Below, in pieces: positions 25,865-38,800 of a stretch of DNA of 64,000 nucleotides (the first letter of the stretch is position 1; each line of letters opens with the position of its first letter). Origin of the DNA: Felis catus (Eukaryota); the NCBI RefSeq assembly GCF_018350175.1, contig NC_058368.1:168084001-168148000 (forward strand), written 5' to 3'. A program made the translations under genes and the position numbers. The notes below the pieces were generated by a model that did no database searches, was not told where the DNA came from, and saw only the letters and a list, made by a program, of their open reading frames with translations.

Positions 25865-27339
25865 AGTCACTGGTTTTATTAGCCCTTCTCCTGACCCCAG
25901 GGCACAGACCCATTTCTTAGTTAATTATGTATTGCCAGTACTAAGCACAATGCCAGGCACAAAATAAATGGTTCAAAAGAAAAAAAGGAATACAAATTGT
26001 GCCAAATCAAACACTAATATTACAATACTCTCATCAGAAAAAAGTCATCTAGGCCTGTTATGATTCAGAGCATGAATTTCCTACATAATAAATCCAGATG
26101 TGACAAGAATTTTCCTCTAACATTTGATAATATCTAATTAAGAGACAGTTATAATGAAAGAGCTTAAAATATTTCATTTTTGCCAAGGCTCATCATACAG
26201 TCAATCTCTGTTCCTCTATCCTCTTCCTTACCATTTATTCATCATGCAAAAACTAAACTCTCAATCCTTTCAATGTATTACTGTGACATCAATGACAAGG
26301 ATAGCAGATAAGAAGGTTCAACTGACAATCAAATATTGGGAAATGGGCTAAGATGTCAACAATGCAGGACATTAAAACATTTTTAAAAATCTGTACTGAA
26401 GATATGGAGAACTATCCATTGCTCCAAATGTGTTTAGCATTACAAGCACACTTCTGTGCAAAATAATATGTTAGAACTCTAAGAAAGAGTGGATTTGTTT
26501 TATTTATAAATCTAAAATTTTCCACCCAACTGCCATTATTCACCCTGAAATATTTCTCCCTTTGGTTTTAGAGAAATAAAATCTCAATTGCTACCTCAAT
26601 ACAACATGCTGAATCATCTAAAACCTGGCAATAAAAGTTTTCCGTGGTTTCCCTCCTAACATTTTAAGCAGTACATGATAGGTAAGAATGAGCTTTCCCG
26701 TGAGCACCTAGAAACAAGACTGTCTCCTAAGTTAAACCATGAAATGAAAAAAGAGAACAAATGAGCAATGATAGTCAAAAGAACTATATTTTGACTACAA
26801 ATAGTCAAAAGAACTCCCAGGCTACAACAAGAATTTAACATCACATCGTCATCACAATGACAACCACAGAAAGAAGATATCAACTGGCAACAGGGCAACC
26901 GTATCATTTATCATCCAACCATGACATTAAGCCAGACATAAATCAGGACCATGCTACACCAATTGAGACATACGATCACCCTATATTACAAAAAGTTTTG
27001 GTCAAGGTGCAAAATAAGAATACAAAACAGAGAGCAAGCTTCACTATTGCCTTTCCAAGTACTCTAAGAGGGTCCTGTTGCATGAATATATCACATATTT
27101 GGTAACTCATAATGTTTTAGCCCAAGTCTGTTCTTACGATGCAGTTCTGTGTTGTTATATTTAACTTACATTTGTAACTTTTCATTTATTTATGTCTTAT
27201 TTCTTCTAGTATATGGTGAATGTTTTTGATCACTGTGACAATGTCTCATGGTTTTTTTTCAAACTGCACATTCCAGCACCGTATACTATATGCTACACAC
27301 TGTAGATAGAAATTGAATGCTCACTGGCTGACAGTAATA

Positions 27340-27600
27340 ATAATTCTTATTCTAGCTGGCATATGTTGAGTAATTAACTATGTGCCAGAAACTTTTCTGA
27401 GTACTTTACATGTATAATCACATTTAAATCGTACAAAAACTTCCTAAGTAAATATTACTGGAATCCCAAGTTTACAGATAAGAAAATAAGAGAGGTTAAG
27501 TAACTTGCCTAATGACAAACGTGTAGGAAGTGGCAGAGCCAGGTATAAATCCAGACTGTGTGGCCCCAGAGCCTGTGCTTATAACCACTACGCTACACTG
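27340..27600 (-). mobile_element. MIR
   Basis: actatgtgccagaaac...tttacagataagaaaataagagaggttaagtaacttgcc...ataaccactacgctacactg. Confidence 0.85.
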
Positions 27601-27699
27601 TCTCTTAGTGGAAAATACACTTGTGGCTACATAATTTATTACAAGTTATTTTTTCAGCTATTAAACCTTAAAGTCATTTTTAAATGCTCCAAAATAGTT

Positions 27700-28260
27700 G
27701 TGAGAGCATCAAGAATTGGCATAGGTATGGAGAAACAGACACTCTTCTGCGGGGATCCAGACTTACATATTCTACAGGGAGTTAAGCACGATGTATAAGA
27801 AATTTAGGTATGTATTCACTCAGATGCAGAAATTCCCACTGAAGAATTTAACCTTAAGGACAAAAATAAAAGTGTACAAATATACAGGTATAAGAATGTT
27901 TACTTTACAGTTATTTATAGGAATAAAAAGTAGAAATAGCTGAATGTCTACCAATAAGAAATTGTATAAATACACTGTGCTGAAACACATGAAACCATAA
28001 AAAATGGTGACATAAATCTATATTCATTAAACCAAAAATAAATCCATAGTACACTGTTGACTTTCAGACACAGATTGCAAAATAGTATGCACAACGAAAT
28101 TCCAAAAGGAAGTAGGGGGAGTACACATACATATGTGTACATCTGAAAAGATGTTCATCAAAATGTAAACAGTATAAATGTCTGAATGGCAGTAATTTAG
28201 GTTGTCTCACTGTTTTAAAAATATTTACTAAAAATTTACTTAAGTGTGTGTGTTATTTTG
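27700..28260 (+). mobile_element. Old L1M 3' fragment
   Basis: ggtatggagaaacagacactc; gcagaaattcccact...; agaatgtttactttacagttatttatag. Confidence 0.6.
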
Positions 28261-28646
28261 TCATTCAGAGGAGCATACAAGAATTACAAGAGCCTACAAT
28301 CCAGAGACACATTGTAGGCCATGAAAGAAAATAAGTGTTGGTGGCAAATAAGTGGCCAGCTAATAAGAACAATGAGAAAGGAGCTCAAGCAAAGCGGGAT
28401 GCAGCAGCCTATGTATGAGTCAAGAGGAAGCAGCATTCAGGCACCACCTTCATCACCAGCAAGCTGAGTAAAGCTTGACAAGTTACAGATGATCTCTGCA
28501 CCTGTTTCAGAACTGCACAATGAAGGAGTTACATGGGGTATTCTCAGAAGTTCTTTTCATTTCTAATGGTTTGTGGTGTAAATTTTCAGAAAGAACAGAT
28601 ATGAAAAGGACAACTCCTCTATCCCTTGCTAGTCACAAGTGGATTA

Positions 28647-28861
28647 TTTTTTTTGTTTGTTTATGTTTATTTATTTTTGAGAGAGAAACAGAGTGTGAGT
28701 GGGGGAGGAGCAGAGAGAGAGGGAAACGCAGATTCTGAAGCAGTCTCCAGGCTATGAGCTGTCAGCACAGAGCCTGACGGGGGGGCTCGAACTCACAAAC
28801 TGTGAGATCATGACCTGAGCCAAAGTCAGACACTCAACCGACTGAGCCACCCAGGCACCCC
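28647..28861 (-). mobile_element. Can-SINE (first of tandem pair)
   Basis: Complete antisense SINE ending actgagccacccaggcacccc. Confidence 0.95.
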
Positions 28862-28870
28862 AGATTATTC

Positions 28871-29079
28871 TTTTTTTTAATGTCTATTCATTTATTTTGA
28901 GAGACAGAGAGAGGGTAAACAAAAGAAAGAGGAGCAAAGAGAGGGAGAGAGAGAATCCCAAGCAGGCTCCACCCTGTCAGCATAGAGCCCAACACAGGAC
29001 TTGATCTCACGAATCATGAGATCATGACCTGAGCCGAAATCAAGAGTCAGTCGCTTAACCAACTGCACCACCCAGGCCC
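28871..29079 (-). mobile_element. Can-SINE (second of tandem pair, different subfamily)
   Basis: gagccgaaatcaagagtcag variant, flanked by gattattct. Confidence 0.93.
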
Positions 29080-30174
29080 TGGATTATTCTGCAGTTTGTT
29101 AGTATACACTTTAATTTGTTTGTGAAGGATGTGAAATATCAAAGTCTGGAAAATGAGAACAACAGTGCAAACCCACAAACCCACTCAGACAACTTGTTTT
29201 TGGAAATATGATTGTTCCTCAGAGAGTGGGATAGTATACTCTCCTAAGAAAGGAGCCCCCAGGAGACCCTCTCCATCCCAATAAAAGTTCATTTCCAAAC
29301 AGCTGACAGTTCATTTATAACATTTCACATTTATACAGATAAAAAAAAAGTCTATATGATCCATCTGACATTGCAGTATTTATCTGTCTACTGACAAAAA
29401 TCTAAGGAATAGTCAAGTGAGACTTTGATGTTGCATTCCACTGTTATTCAGATATATCAATAATCAAATCTGGAGAGCTGCCAATAAAAGCAGAATAAAC
29501 ATCATTAGCATTTTAATAAACCTGCAAGCCACAGGGCTGGAAAAACAGAGCGAGACAGAGCAAAGGGAAATCAGCATGTGCAATGTCTTCCCTCCAGCGG
29601 TTTGCCCTTTGGCAGCCCACTATGTCCTCCCTGCTCCACTCCCGCAAAACACACACTCCGGAGACTTCTCTGGATTTTAAAACCTCTCATAGACCTGTCC
29701 AAGCTCTAAAGTTAGGAGGTGTATCACAGTTTTTTTTAAATCAATAATAAATAACCTGATTTTAAAAACACTTTAAGAAACTGATCTTGTGGTTATAAGA
29801 AGCATTTTGAGTGTCATGTAGTCAGAGTATGGTTTTGTATGTTAACTAAATAGACCCAGATGATAGATGAAGGAAAAGGTGGTACGAAGATGGAATGAAA
29901 GAGAGACAGAGAGAAACACAGAGAGAGAATATATGCAATGGATGAAGAGCCAGGAGCTCAGGAGCACAGAAGGCTGAAACTACTTCCAAGTCAAATCCTG
30001 TGACTCTTGGAATATATTAAATTCAGAATAACATACAAACATTCAAAGTAAATAGTTAATTTTTCTTAATTTTCAGTCATTACATTTTCTCAACTGAACT
30101 AGAAATTAGAAATTAAAAGCCCTGCTTCATAGAATATATTGAATTTCACATAATCTCTCATTACCCACATCGTG

Positions 30175-30176
<2 letters not shown>

Positions 30177-30207
<31 letters not shown>
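30177..30207. repeat. (TG)n microsatellite
   Basis: Direct read. Confidence 0.95.
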
Positions 30208-30210
<3 letters not shown>

Positions 30211-30639
30211 ATGTTAAAGTATCTTTTGAAAAGTGTAACTCCTTAAAATACATTTGGATAAAAGCTGTGAGTGAAAAACATTTCACAAAGGTAAGTAGCT
30301 ATATATAAATTATTTTATGGCAATATAAGTAGGAGACACTGTTGTGTTTCTTTTTAAATCTCTACTTCTGAATCTGAATGTACTTTGTCCATTTAATCTG
30401 AAAACTCATTTGTGAAAATATATAACAATTAGTACACTCTAATTGTCTTATTTTCTTCAGATAATTGTAAAAATTGCAAACACTTCAGTGTTACTATACG
30501 ATAAGCAATTAAGTAACCTTCAAGAGTCTGCTACTATCTTAAAAACCATATGACTTAAGATGTCCTTTGTCAATTTGAAGGAAACTATGAGGCTATAATG
30601 GTGATGAAGCATCAGTCATAACTGGTACCACCCAAGCCA

Positions 30640-30860
30640 CCATTCTAATAATGAACTAATGATTCATACTCAAGATGCTTTCGAAACATGATTAAGCCTA
30701 CAAACATTCCACTAAGGTAGGTTCTCATTACCCCAATCTTATAAAAGAGAACTTAAATAAGTTTACCAAGGTTACACATACAGTGACTGACTCAATGACA
30801 AAAGTTTGGAATAACAGAAAAACAAGAACACAAAGGGCCCCAGACTCTCAACTCCCACTG
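30640..30860 (-). mobile_element. MIR fragment
   Basis: aggtaggttctcattaccccaatcttata...aagtttaccaaggttacaca. Confidence 0.55.
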
Positions 30861-31850
30861 CAAGCCCCTATTCGTTAGTATTGCAGAGAAGCCTTTCAAG
30901 AGTAATTTATTTCTAACTGACCTTCTCTGGTAGCCACAGGCAAGTGTTTGCCAAAATGTCACTGACCAAAAAACTCCATACAATGCCATATATTATAAAA
31001 TGAATATGTCAAGAATCAGATGAAAATGTCATCAGTGACACTGACAACAATAAAAGAAAATATTCTACAGATTTAAGGAACGAAAGAAGATCCAAGTTAA
31101 AGGGGGAAAAAACTACCTGAGAAAATGTCATCAGTGACTACAGCAACAAAAAATAGACCACAGCTTTAAATAAAAGAAGAAGACACAATCAAAGGGGAAG
31201 AATTACCTGAGAGTCCAGTGCTCTCTAATGGATCAGAAAGGAGAATAAAGACTCCTTTTATGGAGGCTTGTAGAAAAACTACGTCTCCTTTAGAAATCAT
31301 GCTATTTTTTCTGGGAGGGACGGGAATAGGCAATAGATGGAGGCAACATGTCTGAGCACCTGTGAGAGCTCTTTAGATCTGAATCCCAAAGTCACTCATT
31401 TTCTCATTTGCATGTCAAAATGAATGACATAATTTGTGAATGTCATAAATAGTCACAGAAAATTAAATAGAAACTGAACAAAAATTTCCTCCTTGTTGCC
31501 CTTAAGATAGAAAGTCAAAAGTTGTTGATTGTCCCATTTTACAGTCTTTGGAAGTAAGTTTCACTTGTAAAAATACTTAAACAATCCAGTTGGACATGTT
31601 TACCGTTCTGAAATTTATATAAATGTATATGATATATGTGTATACATGATTTTATTGAGAAAATTATTTTACACTAAGATTTTGGATTTTTTTCTAAATG
31701 GACCTAGTTTAAAAAATAAATTCATTAAATTAAATAAAAAAAAAATGTACCTAGCTTCAAATGTGATTATTGAAATCAGTGATTACAATCAATGGGGCTC
31801 CTGGATGGCTCAGTCAGTTGAGATTATCGAAGTCAATGACTGCAATTCAT

Positions 31851-32050
31851 GGGGCTCTTGGATGGCTCAGTTGGTTGAGGGTCCACCTCTTGGTTTCAGC
31901 TCAGGTCACAGTTTGTGGGTTCAGGCCCCATAGCAGGTTCTGTGCTGACAGTGGGGAGCCTGCTTGGGATTCGCTCTCTCTCCCTCTCTTTCTGCCCCTC
32001 CCCTGTGATTTCTGTCTCAAAACAAATAAACAAACTTAAAAAAAAATTTT
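31851..32050 (+). mobile_element. Can-SINE whose 5' end and flank are duplicated upstream
   Basis: ggggctcttggatggctcag head. TSD aatgactgcaattcat / aatgattacagttcat. Confidence 0.92.
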
Positions 32051-34389
32051 TTAATGATTACAGTTCATTACTGATGATCAGAATATATTTTTTTCTATAG
32101 TCTGGAATTTTCATCTGCATATGATTGGCACTTTTAAATAAAGCTTTAATAGAACCTTCAAAATAACACATTTACACTTTTGATTACCTGCCTGAGGGTA
32201 AACTGTTCTGAAGATTAACCACAGTCCAAATTTAATTTTAGGCAGTTTGTTCTAACTAAATGCTCACAGGACACCTATCCTCCCAACAATGAAGCAAATG
32301 ATGCTAATATGAGGGTTAACAAAGCAGAGAGAGGTGCACATTGGAATTTCTTGCTACCAACTATTATCCCATGTTTCTCTCATATACACTCCCAAGCCCA
32401 TCAGTGTGGATCATCACAAATTCTAAAAACTTTGTCAAATGCAATATGCACATACAGAACTAACTTAGTGGACTGAAATACACTGTGCAACAGCGACAAG
32501 TTAGTGAAGATAAATGCAACCATTCAAAGTAAACATTAGAAAAATACTGTCAATGGAAAAAGAATCACAAGTAAAATAAATGTGCATACAAGAATCAACA
32601 GGGGTGTAACACTGTGAAGTTACTGTGACCTTGTCCCTTCCTAAACAGCTACATTTTCAAAATGGGAGAGGACCTTCCAGTAGCAGCAATGTCTGTGTGG
32701 ATGTCTAAATATCTGTCAGGGCCTCCTTGGTGCTACTTTCTACTTCTCTGCCTCTTACAAGCTTCACTGTTACATTCTACTTGGAGATGGATGTCTGCCA
32801 AGAGACATCACCCCCCAAAAAGCGCTTCTGTAACATAATGATGTCTCCATACTGAGAATAGACTTGTGAAGAAAAATCTCAGAACCAAAAAGAAGATGGA
32901 CATCTCTTTAAAGATATAAACTACTAAACATTTCTAATTTCAGTAAGACTATAATGAGCAAAATATTAACTCTATGGTAAGTAATATATATTTTTCAAAG
33001 ACAGTTATCCCATAAATGTCTATAAATCTGCAGAAAGAAATGTTATGGAACACAACTCTTTTTTTTTTTTTCCAAATTGATTATTCAATTTAATGAAGCC
33101 AGGGCATTGTCTTGACACATTTTGTCATCCCTTTTCCCAATAAATGGCTGTCACAAGGATATCATGTTTCTTCTGGGTTTTTCTTCCCCCTACTCCACCT
33201 TCTTCATTCAGTTTTCTTAATCTAGTAAGGTTAACATGTTGTCAGTTAGACGAAAATTGTCTCCACATACCTCACACACAAACCACCACTCTGTTAGAGA
33301 ATTCAGTTAGTGTCTCTTTAACTCTTCAGTTAGAATCTCTTTAACTCTGCAAGCGTTTTTAAAGGTTATGTCTATACCCACTAAATGAAGTTTACTATTT
33401 TGAATGACTTATTTTGACTTGCTCTATTTCTTGACCAATTTGAGCAGTTCTTTTTTTTTTTTTTTTTTTCCTTTTACCTTGAACACAAACTTATGGTCTG
33501 ATTGCCATGTAATCAATCAACACAGATTTACTGAGCTTCCGATTAGGAGCCCAGGAACATGGAAAAGTCACAATGTCCAGATACAGTTTTAATACCTATG
33601 CTGCTATCAATGTAACATTCTAAGAAATTTATAAACCATCTGAGTGTAAATTAAAACTAGTAGACAAAAACGCAACTTCTCTCTCTCTTCTCTCCCCAAA
33701 CATCAAGTAAGATTTTCTAGATATATATTCACACAAAGCAAAATATTTGTTTATATTCATGTAATACAATAAAATATCAAAATAGTAAAATACACTGGTG
33801 ATTTATTGGTTGAAAGAAGAGATTAAACAAAACCAAAAATAAGAATTCAGCTTAAATTCAAGTTAGAAGGAAAACAAACGGAAACTGCTTTTCCCAAACG
33901 AAACCAGTTCTCAAAATACTGTAATAAATCATGGAGGAAATGCTCCCAGACTTTATTTAACAGGCAATAAAACCCTGAGGCAGGTCCGATTAGTGTGCTG
34001 TTATGGTAAATGATAAGATGAGCACTGATACATATGTCAAAATCAACTACTACTATTAACTGGTTTATTGATGTATAGTTATTAAGGTGATACTTAAAAC
34101 TAACAATAAAAGCATTTCAAAAATGAAAAGATACTCGCTTGTATTTTGTGGGATTTTTGTGGTAGGTATTAAGTGCCATTACTTACATATGCCCTAGAAG
34201 CTATGTCCTTATAAGACTTATTATTAGAAGACACAAATGCTGAAGGTAAAAATATGGTGATTAAGCTCCAGCCACAACACTTCCTTCTAAGAGAGGGTCT
34301 CTTCCTTTTCATTTCTCCCTAATGTGACAATTGAGTAAAACAGAATATACTATTAAAACTATAAAACACCTAAAATTGTTTTTAATATA

Positions 34390-34731
34390 GGAATTGACCA
34401 CTGAACAACCAGATTTGAACCACAATGGTCTGTTTTTTTACACAGATTTTTTTAAATAAATACAATACAGTACTATAAATGTATTTTCTCTTCCTTATGA
34501 GTTTTAAAGTAATATTTTCTTTTCTCTAGCTTACTTTATTATAACAAGACAGTATATAATACATACAACATAGACAAATTGTGTTAACTGACTTCTTATG
34601 ATCTATAAGGCTTCCAGTCAATGGCAGGCTATTAGCAGTTATATTTGGGGGAGTCAAAAGTACACACGCCAATTATCAGATGTGCAGGGGGTCAGCACTC
34701 CTAACCCCCACACTGTTCAAGTCTCAACTGT
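34390..34731. mobile_element. Tigger2-family (Tigger2a-like) DNA transposon fossil
   Basis: Terminal inverted repeats aattgaccactgaacaa ... tgttcaagtctcaactgta; internal tttctctagcttactttatt...cagtatataatacata. Confidence 0.85.
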
Positions 34732-35039
34732 ATGCATAAAATTGAGACCTTATATTTATGTATTTTTAAATCTATATTCACACTGTTCCCTTCAAACTCA
34801 AAGCTCGTATGGCACCAGTAGAGCTGTCTTTTTTTCCACGCATCTTTTAGATGAATACTCAAGATTAAATAGTATCACGAGAAACTGCAAATGGATGTTA
34901 TTTTATTGTAATATTAATTTCATTCAATGATATTTATTTTATTATAATGCTATTTAGCTAGCACTTCGATTCAATAGACTCCACTGGTAGATTTAACTGC
35001 TTATGGCAACGAACTATATTTTTAAACTCAGAATAAGCT

Positions 35040-35290
35040 GTTGGAGACAGTTTGATAGATGGGATTGAGGTCAGACATATCTACATTCAATCCTGACTCT
35101 GCATTTACTAGCTGTGATCGTCAGCAAGATACTTTACCTCTGTGAGTTTCATTTTAGTTCATCTATAAAACAGGGTATAATGATACCTATGTCATAGAGT
35201 TAATGTGATGATGAAATAAGATAATAACTAAAACACTCTTGGTACCTTACCTAACAATATAAAATTCTCAACACAGAGTCGCTATAAAAT
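35040..35290 (+). mobile_element. MIR
   Basis: ttcaatcctgactctgcatttactagctgtga...cctctgtgagtttcatttt...atctataaaacaggg. Confidence 0.8.
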
Positions 35291-35299
35291 CTCTCTCTG

Positions 35300-35850
35300 T
35301 AACTGCTGTATAACAAACTACACCAAAACTTAGCAGCTTAAAAAAACAAAACAAAACAAACAAACAACAACAACAAAAAAAACAGCGCTTATCTGCTCAC
35401 TACTCCATGGGCCAGCAATTTGGACTGGGCTTAGCTGAGTAGTTCTCCTGGTCTCATTCACTATACAGGACTGCAGGAATCCAAAGGCTTGACTGAGGCT
35501 AGTCTTGGTGGCCCTGTTCACATATATGACAGTTGATCCTTGCTGTTGGCTTGCCCTCCATCTCCAGGTGGTCTCTCATCTTCAAGAGACTGGCCTGGGC
35601 TTCTTCAGGTGATGGCAGCATTCCAGAAAGGCGAGAACAGAAGTTGCTAGGTCTTTTAAGCCAAAGCTTGGAAGCCTCAGAACATAATTTCCACTATATA
35701 CTATTGGTTAGAAAAAGTCACAAAGCCTGCCTAGATGCAGAAGGATAGGGAAATGGATGCTACCTACGGATGGGAGGCTAGGCAGCATCACACTGCACAA
35801 AGGCATGCATACAGGGATGGGAAAAAGTTATGGCTGTAATTTGCGATCTT
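35300..35850 (-). mobile_element. MaLR (MLT1-type) solo LTR
   Basis: ctgctgtataacaaactacaccaaaacttagcagcttaaaa...aatttggactgggcttagctg...ctattggttagaaaaagtcacaaagcc. Confidence 0.8.
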
Positions 35851-38800
35851 CTGAAGGGTGCAAAATGGTGACAAATTCTTACAACTTTAAATAATTGTAG
35901 AATTATTTAAATTCTTATTATTTAAATAATTGTAGAATCCAAGTTTGTAGAAGGCCAAGAAGAAGTACTAGCTTGAGTTTTCCACCAAACATTTCTTCTG
36001 CTGCTTCAATGACAGTTTTCAAAAGATACCCAACAACCAGTCCCAGTGACTGATACCATCATGTAAGTTTCTTTGGTTGCTTTTCTGGTCTAAAGGTCCT
36101 CAGCACGTTTCTATTGAATTAATCAATACATTTATTTTCATCTGACTTGATGGCTTTACCTTCAACAAGCAACTGTCTAACTAAAGATTCCACAACAAAC
36201 AGCATCACCAAGAAATTGGGATCGAGTATGAAGTACTTCTAGAGACTACAAAATGTGTAAAAGAAAATAAAGAAAAATCTATCACTGTAAAAATTATATA
36301 CATGCTTGTTCTTCTCCATGAAAATGATCACTAGAGAAAAATTTAGTTTTGTGATACAGTCAGCTAGCTATTCATCCTGAATTCAGGAGAAATAAAATAA
36401 AAAGAAATAAATTAAAGACAACAATTTTTATATCTTTCATCCAACAAAAAGTATAATGCCAAGCAAAACTTGAAACTTATCTTTAAATTATTGTGTCAAA
36501 TCTCATTTTAATGAGTATCTTTCTAAATTTCTTATCACAAGCCTCGGAAAGTCACAAAATGATAACTGCTACCAAGACTTTCTTTAAGATGTGTGTCTCT
36601 GCAAGATTTATCTTGAGCCACAGTCCTTAATACAATAAAATCTGTTTGTTTTGGAGAATTTCATGGGGCAGGATATGCCACCAAACACACTGAATGGTAA
36701 GAATTGCTCCTTATGGAAGGAGAGAGGTGAAAGAAAGAGCTACTTGCTGTTTGACAATATGGTGAGCAGAGGAGGGGTCGGGAAATGGCTAATTCCCCCA
36801 CTGACATTTCTACATTTTCCAATGAAGAACTCATTCCTAAACTTGCCATTTTTTTTTTTCAGCTGAGAATCTGTTACAACATTGCTTCATAGAGAAACAG
36901 TTGGAAACCCAAGGAGTTTTCAATTTTAGACAAATTGATACTGCCAAAATTATAATACTCAATAATGGAAAACTTCAATAACATGAAGTGTGCCTAATCT
37001 GGTTTTTAAGACATTAAAAATCCTGATTACTTTATGAGAAGCCACATGAGAAGCCAAATACACATTCGGCTAGAGGAAATATCACTAGCCGGTGCCATCT
37101 TCGGTGGCTAGGTATTTCTTCTCCTATGTGAACAAGGCAACTTAGCATGCATATTGAAATTAGATAATCCTAACTGATAATTAAAGATTAAAGATAACCC
37201 CATGCTACAGCTCCTGTACAGGTAATCTACTTCTCAATTTATTTTTATAGGAAATCTTGTAAATATCTAAAACACTCTTATCTTGCTTTAATTATTTCGC
37301 AGCCCTACACAAGTGATAGATACACTATATAGGTTCGTACGGAATAGTTACCACTTTTGAAAAATAGTGACTATTCTAACATTCTTTAATTATACTGCTT
37401 ACTAATCTTAATTGCCACGATTTCAAAAGACAGTTCCAAAGTGCATCTTGAACAAACAGAAAAGCAATTAGCCTAAATTAATTGCTTTGCTGATGTGATT
37501 TGCAGTAGGTATGCTTGGTGGTTTTGAAACTCCTGCCAGTGCTTTCACAACTTGATGTTCTGATGATTTTTTAGCCTATTTTTGCACCAGAGCAATTAAC
37601 CAGATAATTGTTCTAATGTGAACCTGGCCTTAATCAGTATGTTTAGGTTCATGGTAGCAATTAACCAAATATTAAACATACTTTAAAGAACAGAACTTAA
37701 AAGTGCTACAAGACGAGTTAAGAACAAAACTGTGTGTTTTTTTTCCCTCAGTCATACTTTTCTCACCAAGAAGCAGAAAAAAGCTGTAACTGTCTCCTTT
37801 GCATCTTTTCAATTAACACAAGGTATCATTACATATGAAAGGCAAGTGAAGTTTCTGGTTCTTCATTTAGAAGTATTCCAAAGACCCTATTAAAAGGGCA
37901 AACCCAAGGATTCAACATTAAAATCCTATTTATTGTTCAAAAAATGAGGCTACGGGTTTCAGATAAATAGCATGCAATACATAAAGCAAGCTCTATCCGA
38001 ATCCAGACAATGACATTAAATCCTCACCTTATGAAGTTTCAACTTTATTCAGAAATAAATAAATCTGGAAGAAAGAGGGCATTTGAACCAACCGCCTGGA
38101 TTTCAGCCAGAGTTCAAGCCAAATTTAAAGGCAGATTTATACATCCTACAAAAGCAGCATTTATAATTCTTGCACCATGCAGGTATTAAATGGCTTCTCT
38201 GAGCTGGGCCCTACACGAGATGCTAGGGGGTGCTGCGATGGGGGCAGGGGGCCCAAGATGAAGACACAGGTCCTCCTTACCAGGAGAGAAACTCATACAC
38301 AAAACATTATGCAGCCACAAAATGATCTACGCCACCAACAGAGTGACTGCTGTGGCTTCAGCCAGACAGTAACACGATACAGCACTTCATTACAACCACC
38401 ATCATCATTTCTTCTTTTCTTTAAATATAAAGAAATTCACATTCAATTTAAGGGAAATCATCAGTAGTGCAACCATAACTGTTAATGAAACAAGTCTGAT
38501 CTTTTGGCTTCAGTAAGTGAGGAGTTATTTGATACTACTTTAAATTAAATATTTTATCAGCTGGGGAATAATATACCTAAAACCTTTCCGTTTTCACAAA
38601 GCAAAGGGTTCAAGCTTCAAGTACTCTGTCATTCTTCATGTCTCCACGTCTTCGTGTCCTCTTTCTTAATTTCTGAAAGGACTGTCACACAGAAAATAGC
38701 CCAGGCACATATGTGTCAGGTCTGCCATTTTTAATTATTACCAATCAAATTCCAGCAATTTCTCCTCTGGTTAAACATGTGTGTACCTATCTGCTAAAAT

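Noticed and set aside
31207..31370. Open frame on - ending at CAG|GTAATT
   Set aside because: The peptide is not recognisable as FBXL17, the acceptor is weak, and the donor is part of a local duplication.
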